64,000 nucleotides of DNA from Sedimentisphaerales bacterium (GTDB taxonomy: Bacteria > Planctomycetota > Phycisphaerae > Sedimentisphaerales > SM23-30). The notes under the pieces were generated by a model. It made no database searches and was not told the origin of the DNA. It saw only the letters and a program-made list of their open reading frames with translations. Numbering within the stretch: the stretch's first letter is position 1; each line of letters begins with the position of its first letter. Location: contig CAXXFK010000015.1 in the NCBI GenBank assembly GCA_963663965.2, positions 192,001 to 256,000 on the forward strand. Direction: 5' to 3'. This document shows, piece after piece, positions 22,695-31,328 of the stretch. Made by a program: the position numbers and the translations under genes.

Positions 22695-22863
22695 TTAAGG
22701 GTACCTCTAATAATTGCTTTAGAGGCGAAAGCGAGGATGATTTTTCTCTGGCAAGAAACAAAGAACCGGGCATATTTGTCAATATTCACGGTTTTTTGTG
22801 ACGCCGTCCAGAGGAAAATCAGACCGCTTGCAGCCCTGAATGAATTATTAGAGGTGCCCTTAA
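22695..22863. repeat. Palindromic MITE-like element
   Basis: 21-bp terminal IR with 20/21 match (TTAAGGGTACCTCTAATAATT ... AATTATTAGAGGTGCCCTTAA) and further internal complementarity; no ORF. Confidence 0.8.
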
Positions 22864-22993
22864 TTTAACGATTTTTCATTTTGATTTCATTTAGATGTGT
22901 AACCTTTAATAATAATCCTAAACCTGGAATTGGTTTTAATACACTGCATATTATTAAACCGCAAATTCAGATACCGGCCCAATTTTTATTCAA

Positions 22994-23035
22994 AGCGAGA
23001 GACCGGACTCGAACCGGCGACGTCCAGCTTGGGAA
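22994..23035 (-). tRNA. 3' half of tRNA-Gly(CCC); prophage att core, not an intact tRNA
   Basis: Minus strand TTCCCAA-GCTGG-ACGTC-GCCGG-TTCGAGT-CCGGT-CTCTCGCT; sequence 5' of the anticodon loop is non-tRNA. Confidence 0.85.
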
Positions 23036-23112
23036 AATTTAAAGGCCGTTTTTGTAAGTATTTGTGGATTCATGGTTTATGAACTTAAATGTTTGTATTT
23101 TAAAAAGTTGTT

Positions 23113-23295
23113 GTTTCTATGGTTTTCTACGGTTTTCTATGGTTTTCTACGGTTTTTGGGGCTAGTGTCACATAAAGTGTCACATTGTGACACACTATTA
23201 AGTTTGGCTGACGGTCTAGGGTTTTCTGCGTATTTTTCACTATTTACATGCCAGTATGTCACAAAATGCCTAAAGTGTCACATCGGTGTGTCACA
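23113..23295. repeat. att arm repeats: 10-bp tandem GGTTTTCTAY and six TGTCACA sites
   Basis: About four 10-mers at 23113-23157; TGTCACA at 23166, 23178, 23186 (inverted), 23257, 23276, 23289. Confidence 0.7.
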
Positions 23296-23304
23296 ATTTT
23301 TATA

Positions 23305-23637
23305 TTACTTCTTGTGACCCTTCTTTGCCACTATTTTCATTGCCCGGAGTTCGTATCCGAAGACATTCAGGCACTTGTTTACCCGGTCAATAGACATGTC
23401 GGTGTCACCGTCCAGAAAGCGGTAAATCATGGCCCGAGATACGCCCTCAACCCGCTCGCACAGGTGGGCCCGTCTCATATTCCGTTTCGTCATTTCGTCA
23501 ATTATAAGCTGTCTGACTTGGTCCATAAGATAAGCCTGTTCAAGTTCAACGGCTTCCTGATCGATCATGTCCGCACACCGTGTGCAGATCACATCGCCTT
23601 TTTGAGCCGGTCCAGTTTCGCATATTTCGCATAGCAT
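23305..23637 (-). CDS. XRE/Cro-like HTH regulator with N-terminal CxxC..CxxC zinc finger
   Basis: CEIC..CTRC; RAHLCERVEGVSRAMIYRFLDG HTH-like; AAGGA RBS. Confidence 0.7.
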   Translation of the reverse strand: MLCEICETGPAQKGDVICTRCADMIDQEAVELEQAYLMDQVRQLIIDEMTKRNMRRAHLCERVEGVSRAMIYRFLDGDTDMSIDRVNKCLNVFGYELRAMKIVAKKGHKK

Positions 23638-23709
23638 ATTAATAGTCCTTTGAGGTTGTGTCAAGGGCCAAATCTAAAATTTTAGAGATAGCCCTTGACG
23701 GGTTATGGA

Positions 23710-24102
23710 TTAATATTCTGATTTCAGCATGCTAACCCCGTCGATGTGATAGAATTCATACTCGGTCATGGGGAAGTCGGTGTACTCAATACGCTGACGA
23801 TAAAGACACTTGCTCTCGTTGGGTGTGTCATTCCAAGCCGTTACCCAAGCTTTACTAAGATCGTCCTTGTCCAGTTCGATACGCCAAACTTGGAACGATT
23901 CACCCTTAACGCCGGGTTCGGCCTGAACACTGCCCACAATATCAAGAAGCCAGTAGCACTCGGCCTTGTCGCACAGGTATTGAATCCCGTCCGTGTAGAG
24001 AGTGCCGAGCCAGTGCCGATACCATTTGCATGTCCCGGTGAAAGAGGGGAGATTGATTTTGAGATCGTGCTCGATTTGTTCCCTGTTTTGCTTGGTTGCC
24101 AT
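23710..24102 (-). CDS. Conserved MGE hypothetical protein (DUF6876-like)
   Basis: FTGT..WYRH, YTDG..YL, CYWLLD, FQVW, QRIEYTDFP, MLxSEY motifs recalled for this family. Confidence 0.65.
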   Translation of the reverse strand: MATKQNREQIEHDLKINLPSFTGTCKWYRHWLGTLYTDGIQYLCDKAECYWLLDIVGSVQAEPGVKGESFQVWRIELDKDDLSKAWVTAWNDTPNESKCLYRQRIEYTDFPMTEYEFYHIDGVSMLKSEY

Positions 24103-24189
24103 TTCGTGTCTCCTAAAAAGGTATGTGATTTTAATACAATCCCCCGCCCGGTTGCGAAGCCGGGTTGCGCTGTCGGGGGGTTAGGGGTT

Positions 24190-24372
24190 TTATTCAGAAA
24201 AAGTATAGTGACCAACAGTATTACCATTAAAGTCTCTGACACTTACGGGCTGTGATCCGAAGTAGAGGAACCTGTCATAGCTGACTTGCTTTAAGCAATG
24301 GTCGATTTCATCCCGCAGACCATCACCCTCGAAGGCCGAGTTGTTTGTTTCGATTTCAATTTGTAGCTTCAT
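24190..24372 (-). CDS. Small acidic hypothetical protein (60 aa)
   Basis: GGAGAC RBS and conserved promoter directly upstream. Confidence 0.7.
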   Translation of the reverse strand: MKLQIEIETNNSAFEGDGLRDEIDHCLKQVSYDRFLYFGSQPVSVRDFNGNTVGHYTFSE

Positions 24373-24409
24373 TTTTTTTTGTCTCCATTAGGGGTTATTA
24401 TTTATCTAT

Positions 24410-24463
24410 ACGAAGCCTAGCACAGAGAAAATAATAGTCAAACTGAATGTCTAATATTTTAGA
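24410..24463 (-). promoter_or_regulatory. Repeated phage promoter copy 1 with palindromic operator
   Basis: TTGACT-16-TAGGCT, TGTG extended -10; TCTAATATTTTAGA 8 bp upstream of -35. Confidence 0.75.
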
Positions 24464-24471
24464 AATATTTT

Positions 24472-24501
24472 AAAAAAAAATGGGAGGCCGAAGCCTCCCG
24501 C
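24472..24501 (-). terminator. Intrinsic terminator
   Basis: GGGAGGC-TTCG-GCCTCCC-A then T9 on minus strand. Confidence 0.8.
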
Positions 24502-24521
24502 TAAAACACCCGCACCGCTCT

Positions 24522-24703
24522 CTAGTTTTCAAGTTTGTTAATGGCTTTCTCAAGAAAAATGTTGCATTTTCAAGATTTTCCATCGTGCCCGTGATAAGAT
24601 AATCAACCGGACTGGTTGGATCTCCAATCTCGTCACCCAGCTTCCTCAGATTGTCCCACTGTTTATTCAGGATTTCTAAGATTTTTTCTAATTTTGCTTT
24701 CAT
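24522..24703 (-). CDS. Small hypothetical protein (about 60 aa if one T is restored in a T run)
   Basis: GGAG RBS; corrected frame ends FFLEKAINKLEN* just before the terminator. Confidence 0.5.
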
Positions 24704-24707
24704 GGTT

Positions 24708-24869
24708 TTAACTCCTTACAATTCTGACTATTTTGTCTTTGTCCACAAGGACGTGCATGGTGTCGCACCAGAGCACAGCCTTGCCATCCTGCCAGCCCCG
24801 GAATACGCCTTCATCGTGGTCGCTCAGGGGTGATTTAAATATCACTTTATCGCCGCTGTTAATGTTCAT
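24708..24869 (-). CDS. Small hypothetical protein (53 aa)
   Basis: GGAGG RBS before MNINSGDK; fits the gap between neighbours. Confidence 0.6.
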   Translation of the reverse strand: MNINSGDKVIFKSPLSDHDEGVFRGWQDGKAVLWCDTMHVLVDKDKIVRIVRS

Positions 24870-24894
24870 AGTTTTTTGCCTCCCGATTGTAAGA

Positions 24895-25158
24895 TTATTC
24901 CTTGCCCAATTTAGCATAGTCTTCAATCGTCTCAAGAATCCCCTTGAAGCAATCTCCAACAAAAGAGGTATCGTCCATATCAGTACAGTTGATGACCACA
25001 TCAGCAATAACACTTGGATCAAGTCCCATGATAATTCCATGAGCAACGACCGCTTCAAGCGCATCATCCAGACAAATCCCGTTCGTAAATCCGAGATTGT
25101 AAGTTTCTAGTCTGTCATACACTTCAGTTCTGGCTTTTATGTAATCTGGGAATTTCAT
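24895..25158 (-). CDS. Small acidic hypothetical protein (87 aa)
   Basis: AGGAGAC RBS and conserved promoter upstream. Confidence 0.7.
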   Translation of the reverse strand: MKFPDYIKARTEVYDRLETYNLGFTNGICLDDALEAVVAHGIIMGLDPSVIADVVINCTDMDDTSFVGDCFKGILETIEDYAKLGKE

Positions 25159-25194
25159 TTTTTTGTCTCCTGTAAGGGGTTATTATTTATCTAT

Positions 25195-25248
25195 ACGAAA
25201 CGTATCACAAGAGAAAAAATTGTCAAACTGAAAGTCTAAAATATGAGA
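25195..25248 (-). promoter_or_regulatory. Repeated phage promoter copy 2 with operator
   Basis: TTGACA-16-TACGTT; TCTAAAATATGAGA 8 bp upstream of -35. Confidence 0.75.
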
Positions 25249-25255
25249 AAATTAA

Positions 25256-25283
25256 TCAAAAAAATATCGGCACGAGGCCGATA
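25256..25283 (-). terminator. Intrinsic terminator insulating promoter 2
   Basis: TATCGGC-ctcgt-GCCGATA followed by T run on minus strand. Confidence 0.65.
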
Positions 25284-25335
25284 GGTTTGCTAATGCCAGA
25301 TGTGAAGTTATTCACGGGACGTGACTTCGGGTAGC

Positions 25336-25941
25336 TTAGTCATTGGGTGTCAAAAAAAAACTGTGAAAACGCCTGACAATAATGAAGAACAAATGAAGGC
25401 AAAATGACAGAAAAAAGAGAGCGAAAAAGATTTTGAGTGTCAAATCGTATTCAAGCTCACAGGCTTCTATGTTTGCCGTTGTCGGAAGGCCGCCCAGTAA
25501 GGCAATGATGGCGATTAAATAATACAACTGCAACACAAACGAGGCGAAGACCCATCCGTTGATTTCTCTCAAATGCTCGCCTTCGCCTTCTGGGGCTATG
25601 ATCCGGGTACGAAGTAAGAATTTCAGTAAAAATATTTTGAACGGTCCCGGTGGCCTTATTCGACCGTTGAAGTATCGATGACGTGAAAGTGCTTTATTTA
25701 TGTCGATTCGGGGCATGTGATATGCCAGAACAAAAAAAAGCTGGATGGAAACAGTGGCGCAGTAAAACACCAGCAAAAAAGTGTTATTGGGTTTTGGGCT
25801 AAAATCAGCGGAAGAGTAGATAATTTTTCCGTCTATGTCATAGACCGGCTCGTAAATGCTTTCTTCCGGTGTAAGAATTGACCATGTGACTAGCATCTGA
25901 AGAATAAACAGGCCATATACCACTCGCATTATGCACCTCAT
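25336..25941 (-). CDS. Multi-pass membrane protein (moron-like)
   Basis: About four hydrophobic segments; Phe/Leu/Ile-rich. Confidence 0.55.
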   Translation of the reverse strand: MRCIMRVVYGLFILQMLVTWSILTPEESIYEPVYDIDGKIIYSSADFSPKPNNTFLLVFYCATVSIQLFFVLAYHMPRIDINKALSRHRYFNGRIRPPGPFKIFLLKFLLRTRIIAPEGEGEHLREINGWVFASFVLQLYYLIAIIALLGGLPTTANIEACELEYDLTLKIFFALFFLSFCLHLFFIIVRRFHSFFLTPND

Positions 25942-25996
25942 TTCTTAATGTTCTGTTTTGCGTTCAGTTTAATGATAGCACAAGTTTGCAACTTGG

Positions 25997-26257
25997 TCAA
26001 GTACGTTCTTCAGCGGCTCTTTTAAACTTGTAGCAGGGAGCCAAAGTTGCAATGCCATCGAGTCGGTAAAGTTGCTTGCGGCCAACAATTAACATTCCCT
26101 TCTTCTTGGCTCTGTGTAAGAGGCCCAGAATTGCCTTTCTGGGCTTCCCGGTCAGTTCTACTAGTTCTGTGGTAGTCAGTCCCTCGTCCGAGCCTCCTGT
26201 GGCTTCTTCGAGTTCCTGTAGCCATTCAGCGAGCGTTATTTGAATGTCTTCTTTCAT
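25997..26257 (-). CDS. Winged-HTH-like protein
   Basis: GLTTTELVELTGKPRKAILGLL; coupled to upstream phosphoesterase. Confidence 0.55.
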   Translation of the reverse strand: MKEDIQITLAEWLQELEEATGGSDEGLTTTELVELTGKPRKAILGLLHRAKKKGMLIVGRKQLYRLDGIATLAPCYKFKRAAEERT

Positions 26258-27093
26258 TATGATGCTGTCCTTGTCCTGCTTAGGCGTTTAACAAAGTGTC
26301 TGGTAAATATATCTTCATCCCCACAGCGAATCATCGAGCCGCCAAATTGAGGCCGGGCCTGCCGTGCCCCTGCCACACGATAGACCAGCGGAGTTTTACC
26401 CTGCCAGCCCGGAGTTGTAAAGGAAGTCCCGAAGCCCTTGTAAGTCTGTACCCGAGTTTCAGCGTTACGGTGACGGTGGGAACGCACTACCACATCAGGG
26501 GGCTCCTCGTTCCAGCGTGCAGACTCTATATAAGCCTCAGTAAGTTCTTTCTGGATGGCAGTGGTCTCATAGTGCATCGAGCCAGCCGTGCCAATGTGGT
26601 GCATAATATTCACCAGCCCAAATCCGAGCCTGTACCACAGTTCCCATCGGGCATATTGGCCGGTTTCGTCAGGGATCGCACCCAGTTCCCGGGCCAGCCG
26701 TTCCTCGTCCACACCTGACTTGCCTGCGTGAGCCTCAGTCCCACGGATATGATAATATTGCTCAGACATCTCGACGACAGGCTCAAGGATCGCCTTGGCT
26801 ATTTTGAGTTCATCTTCCCGATTGTCTGAGATGTGGGTTGAGTTGCCGTGGTGTGCCCCGCCATCGAGAGCATCGCCATTGACCACCAACACAAACGGCT
26901 CGTTCTTTGTGGTCCGGGGTACAAAGTCATCCCAGAACTCTTGCCACCAAGAGAATACTTTTTTCTGAAAGGTCGATGGGTGATAAAATCCACCGTCGTC
27001 GAGTTTCGTTGGCTGGTTAGAGTGCAGGCCCATCCTGCACCCACAGTGCAGATCAGATACTACGATCATGTTATTGAATTCGCCTCGCTTCAT
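26257..27093 (-). CDS. Calcineurin-like metallophosphoesterase
   Basis: SDLHCG, NGDALDG, RGTEAH, HH, RSHRH. Confidence 0.85.
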   Translation of the reverse strand: MKRGEFNNMIVVSDLHCGCRMGLHSNQPTKLDDGGFYHPSTFQKKVFSWWQEFWDDFVPRTTKNEPFVLVVNGDALDGGAHHGNSTHISDNREDELKIAKAILEPVVEMSEQYYHIRGTEAHAGKSGVDEERLARELGAIPDETGQYARWELWYRLGFGLVNIMHHIGTAGSMHYETTAIQKELTEAYIESARWNEEPPDVVVRSHRHRNAETRVQTYKGFGTSFTTPGWQGKTPLVYRVAGARQARPQFGGSMIRCGDEDIFTRHFVKRLSRTRTAS

Positions 27094-27167
27094 GACTTGT
27101 CCTTTCTTCTGTGTGAAAAAGTTTGGGGGCGAGATCGATCCCGCCCCCTAAAAGACTGTCAAAGCGA

Positions 27168-27656
27168 TTAAGTTGCCAGAGCCGATTGGCCAGCAATCCC
27201 GAGCTTGTATTTCTCGCCAGTCGTGCCGGTGACAGTAATGGTCCCGAGAGCATTAGTGGCCTGCTCGTTGTTTGGATTTGACCACACCATTGCACTTCCC
27301 GGAGGAAAGACCAAGCTGAAGTTATTGCCCGTGTTGAAGTTGGTTATCGCAACGGTCATGCTGGCCGTGGCCGACAGGTTTTCAAAGATCATATACAACA
27401 GGCGTGCCATGGTCTGGCTGGTGCGGTTGAGGGCATCGGTCAGAGAGCCAGCAGGATTAATTGAATTGCTCCCGCTCACAATGGCTTCGCCTTCACCGTC
27501 CGAGCCTGCCTGAACTGCCCACACATCAACGTCATCAGTGTTGGTCGGAATAGTAATATCGTGGCTCAGCTTGGCAGTCATCATGCCAAGCGTCTCCTCA
27601 AACTCAACTTTTGTAACAAGTCTGGTTTTTACACTCATTGAAAATAATCCTTTCAA
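27168..27656 (-). CDS. Hypothetical virion-associated protein
   Basis: Thr/Ser/Gly-rich; last gene before hairpin at ~27121-27155. Confidence 0.5.
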   Translation of the reverse strand: MKGLFSMSVKTRLVTKVEFEETLGMMTAKLSHDITIPTNTDDVDVWAVQAGSDGEGEAIVSGSNSINPAGSLTDALNRTSQTMARLLYMIFENLSATASMTVAITNFNTGNNFSLVFPPGSAMVWSNPNNEQATNALGTITVTGTTGEKYKLGIAGQSALAT

Positions 27657-27668
27657 AAAAAATATTAA

Positions 27669-27980
27669 TTACCATTTATTAACCGGGCAATGCTCGGTTT
27701 CGAGTTTTGTTTTAAATTTGGTGTAACAGCCGCATTTGGCACAGCGGCCATTAGCGGTCCAATGTTCACATAACTTACAGATTGTCAGTCTCCTGAGAGA
27801 TTCAAGTTTAGGCACAATTTTTAGTCCAGACTTCAGAATTCTAAGAACAGAGTTCAAAAAATTAAGAAGCTGAGCAATCTTGCTTGGAAACACCTTGCAC
27901 TTCCACTGGCAATAGCCATCTGGAATATGCTTATTGAACTTCTTACAAAAACCACCAATGATGTAGTGTTCACATGTCAT
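27669..27980 (-). CDS. Cys-rich small protein (DUF6171-like)
   Basis: RRLTICKLC..CAKCGC..CPVNKW. Confidence 0.6.
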   Translation of the reverse strand: MTCEHYIIGGFCKKFNKHIPDGYCQWKCKVFPSKIAQLLNFLNSVLRILKSGLKIVPKLESLRRLTICKLCEHWTANGRCAKCGCYTKFKTKLETEHCPVNKW

Positions 27981-29503
27981 GCTTCAGATGTCGTAAAATA
28001 TCCCTTGTCGCCATCTTCACGATAGAGCGGGGTATATGTTGAATAATCTCTGGCATCATTACCGCCTGACGTGTACAAAGACACGGTTCGCATATTTTGT
28101 TTATACATCATCAGTCGCCATCCGCCATAATGTCCGCCCTGAGTAAAAAGCGAACTCCTGTCAAGGTTGTATGCCGCCTTCACTGTTATTGTTCCAGTGT
28201 TTGAATTGTAAATGACTCCAATCTCCAGTCTGACGTAGTGCGTATTAGGGTAAGTCAGACAAGTATATATTGGCCCAATGTATTCGTAATGAGCTGTCCC
28301 TGAGTCGCAAGATGTTCTGGTCAAAGTAAATGTGCCTGCATTTTCATAATTAATGTCAGTCGCAAATAAATCTTGACATTCAGTGCAGCATTCAAGATCG
28401 CTACAGTTTTCAATGTTGTCAAATCGAATATCTAGGTAATACGGGAAGTTTGTACATGTGATCGGAGATGAACAACAATTATCGATTGGTAAAGCCGATA
28501 TAGAAGCCGATCCGCTTAGCGATCCTTCGCTACAGGAGCTAGTAATAGATGTTATGTCTAGCGGGTCAGAAATTGAATCCACCCTACCAATAAAAGCAGT
28601 GTTTCCAAGGGAGTAATGGTTGACTATTATGCCAGCCTCCCACTTGCCCTCAATCTTATCAAACTTGTAATAAAGTGATATACTATTCCATGATGAGTTA
28701 TAGATACTACTGCCCTGATCGATAGCAACATACGTCCAAACATGGGCTTCTTCATCAGAGCCCGAATTGCTTGACGTGTGCTGAAGCACAAAAGACTGAT
28801 TACTAAATATAGTATCCGGGTCTGAGGTGTCACAATCCGTGAGAGAGCCAAAGGTAACTGTGATCCTCTTGGTTAAGTCAGGGGCTAAGCTAAAAACTGG
28901 TGGACAAGGCGTACAACAGGTATCCCAAAGGTAGAGAGCCCCCTGATAGGCAACTTTGTACGCCGTAGATTGGCCGCTATCCTCAATTGGAGCCATGGGC
29001 ATATATTGGCCTTCAGCATAACCGCCTTCAAATACAATTGCCGATGCGCTACTTGTAAGGCGAAGCAGATAATTCCAGACGAAATTACCGCTACTCATGG
29101 TCAGCGTCAAGATGGCCGTATAACTCACCCCGTTTATTTCTTCGACAGTTGACCATGTGCAAGTATTCGACTCGTAACCTTGATAATTAAGAGCAAAAGT
29201 GTGGCTGTCAACATTTCTGGTTTCTTGATAGTAATTATTAAGCGGCTCAAGATAAACAGCTTTGGCATATATCACTTTTCCAACAGGCACACCATAGTTT
29301 ACGCAATAGTTACAAGTAGAAGCATCGCAGTCATCAGGAATAGACAAGGCATTGTTGTACATTTTTGCAGGCACTTTTCGTGTGCCCAAATCTACTTTTA
29401 ATTTATTATCCGATGTGTCCATCTTGGCCGGGTACTTTGTGCCATTGATCTCTGCTTTGAGCTTGCCATCGGAGGTGTCTATTTTTAAAGGGTAGTATGT
29501 CAT
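27977..29503 (-). CDS. Cys-rich distal tail/receptor-binding candidate
   Basis: TAATG coupling to upstream gene; N-terminal DTSDxKLK repeat; Cys clusters separating Ser/Thr/Tyr-rich domains. Confidence 0.5.
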   Translation of the reverse strand: MTYYPLKIDTSDGKLKAEINGTKYPAKMDTSDNKLKVDLGTRKVPAKMYNNALSIPDDCDASTCNYCVNYGVPVGKVIYAKAVYLEPLNNYYQETRNVDSHTFALNYQGYESNTCTWSTVEEINGVSYTAILTLTMSSGNFVWNYLLRLTSSASAIVFEGGYAEGQYMPMAPIEDSGQSTAYKVAYQGALYLWDTCCTPCPPVFSLAPDLTKRITVTFGSLTDCDTSDPDTIFSNQSFVLQHTSSNSGSDEEAHVWTYVAIDQGSSIYNSSWNSISLYYKFDKIEGKWEAGIIVNHYSLGNTAFIGRVDSISDPLDITSITSSCSEGSLSGSASISALPIDNCCSSPITCTNFPYYLDIRFDNIENCSDLECCTECQDLFATDINYENAGTFTLTRTSCDSGTAHYEYIGPIYTCLTYPNTHYVRLEIGVIYNSNTGTITVKAAYNLDRSSLFTQGGHYGGWRLMMYKQNMRTVSLYTSGGNDARDYSTYTPLYREDGDKGYFTTSEA

Positions 29504-30438
29504 TATTCGTGTTTCCCCACATGCGTTAAAATGCTTCTGTCCAAAAACCAATCGCCGTTCCAGTAGCGTACATCAACTACCGTTCCTGAAGGGAGGCAGG
29601 GGAAGTATTGGGCAAGGTCAGCATAGTCTCCCGTGGTTACTTTGTCCGGGGTAACATAAACATCAAACTCATCTCCCGTCTCCGACCAAGTTCCACCATA
29701 ACACATCCAGAATTTGACAGACACAACGCCACTGGTTCCGGTTGTTGGCTCCTGCGTCTTCGCCTTGAAAATCGAATTAGGATTTTTGGTATTAAGGTCA
29801 ACTATACACCTCTGCACACCAGTTCCGCCATCTTTCCAGAGAATTCTATGGGCTTCAGGGTGAGGCACGGTCAGAGAGTCAGCCACTTCCACTTCATTTG
29901 GTGGAATTTCGCACCATTCATCGTCAGCGTCAATTATGTCCACCCACAACCATGCCGGACCACAATACACCGCCTTAAACAATGCGCCTACTGCCGCCGC
30001 AACTTCGCCAGCATTACAAAACCAACGACTAGACCCTTGCTGGGCCATGTGGACAGTTATTGGTTTAGCGGACGTTGGAAGCACGACCGATTTAGGGCAC
30101 ATAGTCCAATGATTGGGTATGCGAAAATCTGGCAATTCAGCAAGTTCAGACAACGGAGACTCAACCGGGTCTCCCAAGTAAAAAACAGTTCCCGGCTCTA
30201 CAGCTACATCCCACGTATTTCTGACCAAGACATAATTCTGGTTATCGTTGGCAATCTTGTTGGCACTAGAGAACAAATTGGATGGAGACTGATGCGGCTT
30301 AAAGTCTGGATGAATTCTGAACTGTTCAGCCATGCTTTGTTTACGCTTCTGTTCTCTCAGGTAGTCCAACACTGCCTGAGTGTCCCGGACGGGTTGCGGA
30401 ATTAACGGATCAGTAGTGCTATATGAAGTTAAAGACAT
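29503..30438 (-). CDS. Minor tail protein, paralog of 30450-31328
   Basis: Shared GPAW, ILWKxGGTG, AKTQ..GVVSVK, YFP, DWFL motifs. Confidence 0.55.
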   Translation of the reverse strand: MSLTSYSTTDPLIPQPVRDTQAVLDYLREQKRKQSMAEQFRIHPDFKPHQSPSNLFSSANKIANDNQNYVLVRNTWDVAVEPGTVFYLGDPVESPLSELAELPDFRIPNHWTMCPKSVVLPTSAKPITVHMAQQGSSRWFCNAGEVAAAVGALFKAVYCGPAWLWVDIIDADDEWCEIPPNEVEVADSLTVPHPEAHRILWKDGGTGVQRCIVDLNTKNPNSIFKAKTQEPTTGTSGVVSVKFWMCYGGTWSETGDEFDVYVTPDKVTTGDYADLAQYFPCLPSGTVVDVRYWNGDWFLDRSILTHVGKHE

Positions 30439-30449
30439 TAAAATTCTCC

Positions 30450-31328
30450 TTAGAATTTATCTACATAAGTTAGATCGGGAGACACTAAAAACCAGTCATC
30501 CCCTTGCTGTTCGATACGGACGATTGTGCCTGTGGCCAGATAGGGAAAGTATCTGGCCATGTCAGCCAAATTACCGCTTGTGGTTTTGGATCGAGTGAAG
30601 TAAGCATTGAACGCATCGCCTGATTCTGTCCCATCTGCATCACAGAGTTTTACAGACACAACCCCGGCTGTCTGTCCTTGGTTCTGAGTCTTAGCCAGCG
30701 ACACACTGCCACCGTCAGCCGAGGCTGAGTAGCCCATACGAACCAATGCACTTAACATGCCCGTGCCAGACTCCCTCCACATGATCGGAAACCAACTCTT
30801 ATTGTCGGTGGATTCCAGATAGGTTGAAGAACCGGCGACGGGTTTGGCATAGTTGTGATCCGCATCAGTAACGTCCACATAGGTCCAAGCCGGGCCAGTG
30901 ACCACAGCCACTCCGAAGGCGTTGTTTTCCACTCCGTTCAGGGTAATGACCAGCTTGTAAGCGTCTTTGAGATTGGTTAAATAGTCGGCTATGGTTTCGT
31001 CAGAGGCATCAGATGGGACTATGTCTTCAAACAAGTCAGCGTCCCAGAAGCCATCCGCATAACTAACGCCAGTTGCCGCTGACAGAGTTGAGTTCAGTTC
31101 AATGGGTGAGTCAAGCATTAACAGTGTGCCAGCCTCAATGTAATCGCCTGACGAATTTTTAAATCGTTGGACGGTTACTTGAGGATTAAGCGAAGGCCAA
31201 TACTGACCAGAAACCTTCCCGGATGTTCCGGGGAGGTTACTCTGGTTGACAGTATCAGCTATCCGATTCCAGTCTGAAGCTGAAATCCTGAGCGGATCGC
31301 CTCTTTTGACGTACTTAATGCGAGACAT
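30450..31328 (-). CDS. Minor tail protein
   Basis: GDPLRISASDWNRI start; downstream of tape measure gene. Confidence 0.6.
   Translation of the reverse strand: MSRIKYVKRGDPLRISASDWNRIADTVNQSNLPGTSGKVSGQYWPSLNPQVTVQRFKNSSGDYIEAGTLLMLDSPIELNSTLSAATGVSYADGFWDADLFEDIVPSDASDETIADYLTNLKDAYKLVITLNGVENNAFGVAVVTGPAWTYVDVTDADHNYAKPVAGSSTYLESTDNKSWFPIMWRESGTGMLSALVRMGYSASADGGSVSLAKTQNQGQTAGVVSVKLCDADGTESGDAFNAYFTRSKTTSGNLADMARYFPYLATGTIVRIEQQGDDWFLVSPDLTYVDKF

Noticed and set aside
22994..23070. Intact tRNA-Gly gene
   Set aside because: 5' anticodon stem, D-arm and 5' acceptor strand are absent
23113..23295. CRISPR array
   Set aside because: Repeats are 7-10 bp without regular spacers; no cas genes
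27977..31328. Diversity-generating retroelement target
   Set aside because: No reverse transcriptase in the window and no near-identical TR/VR pair seen; similarity is protein-level only
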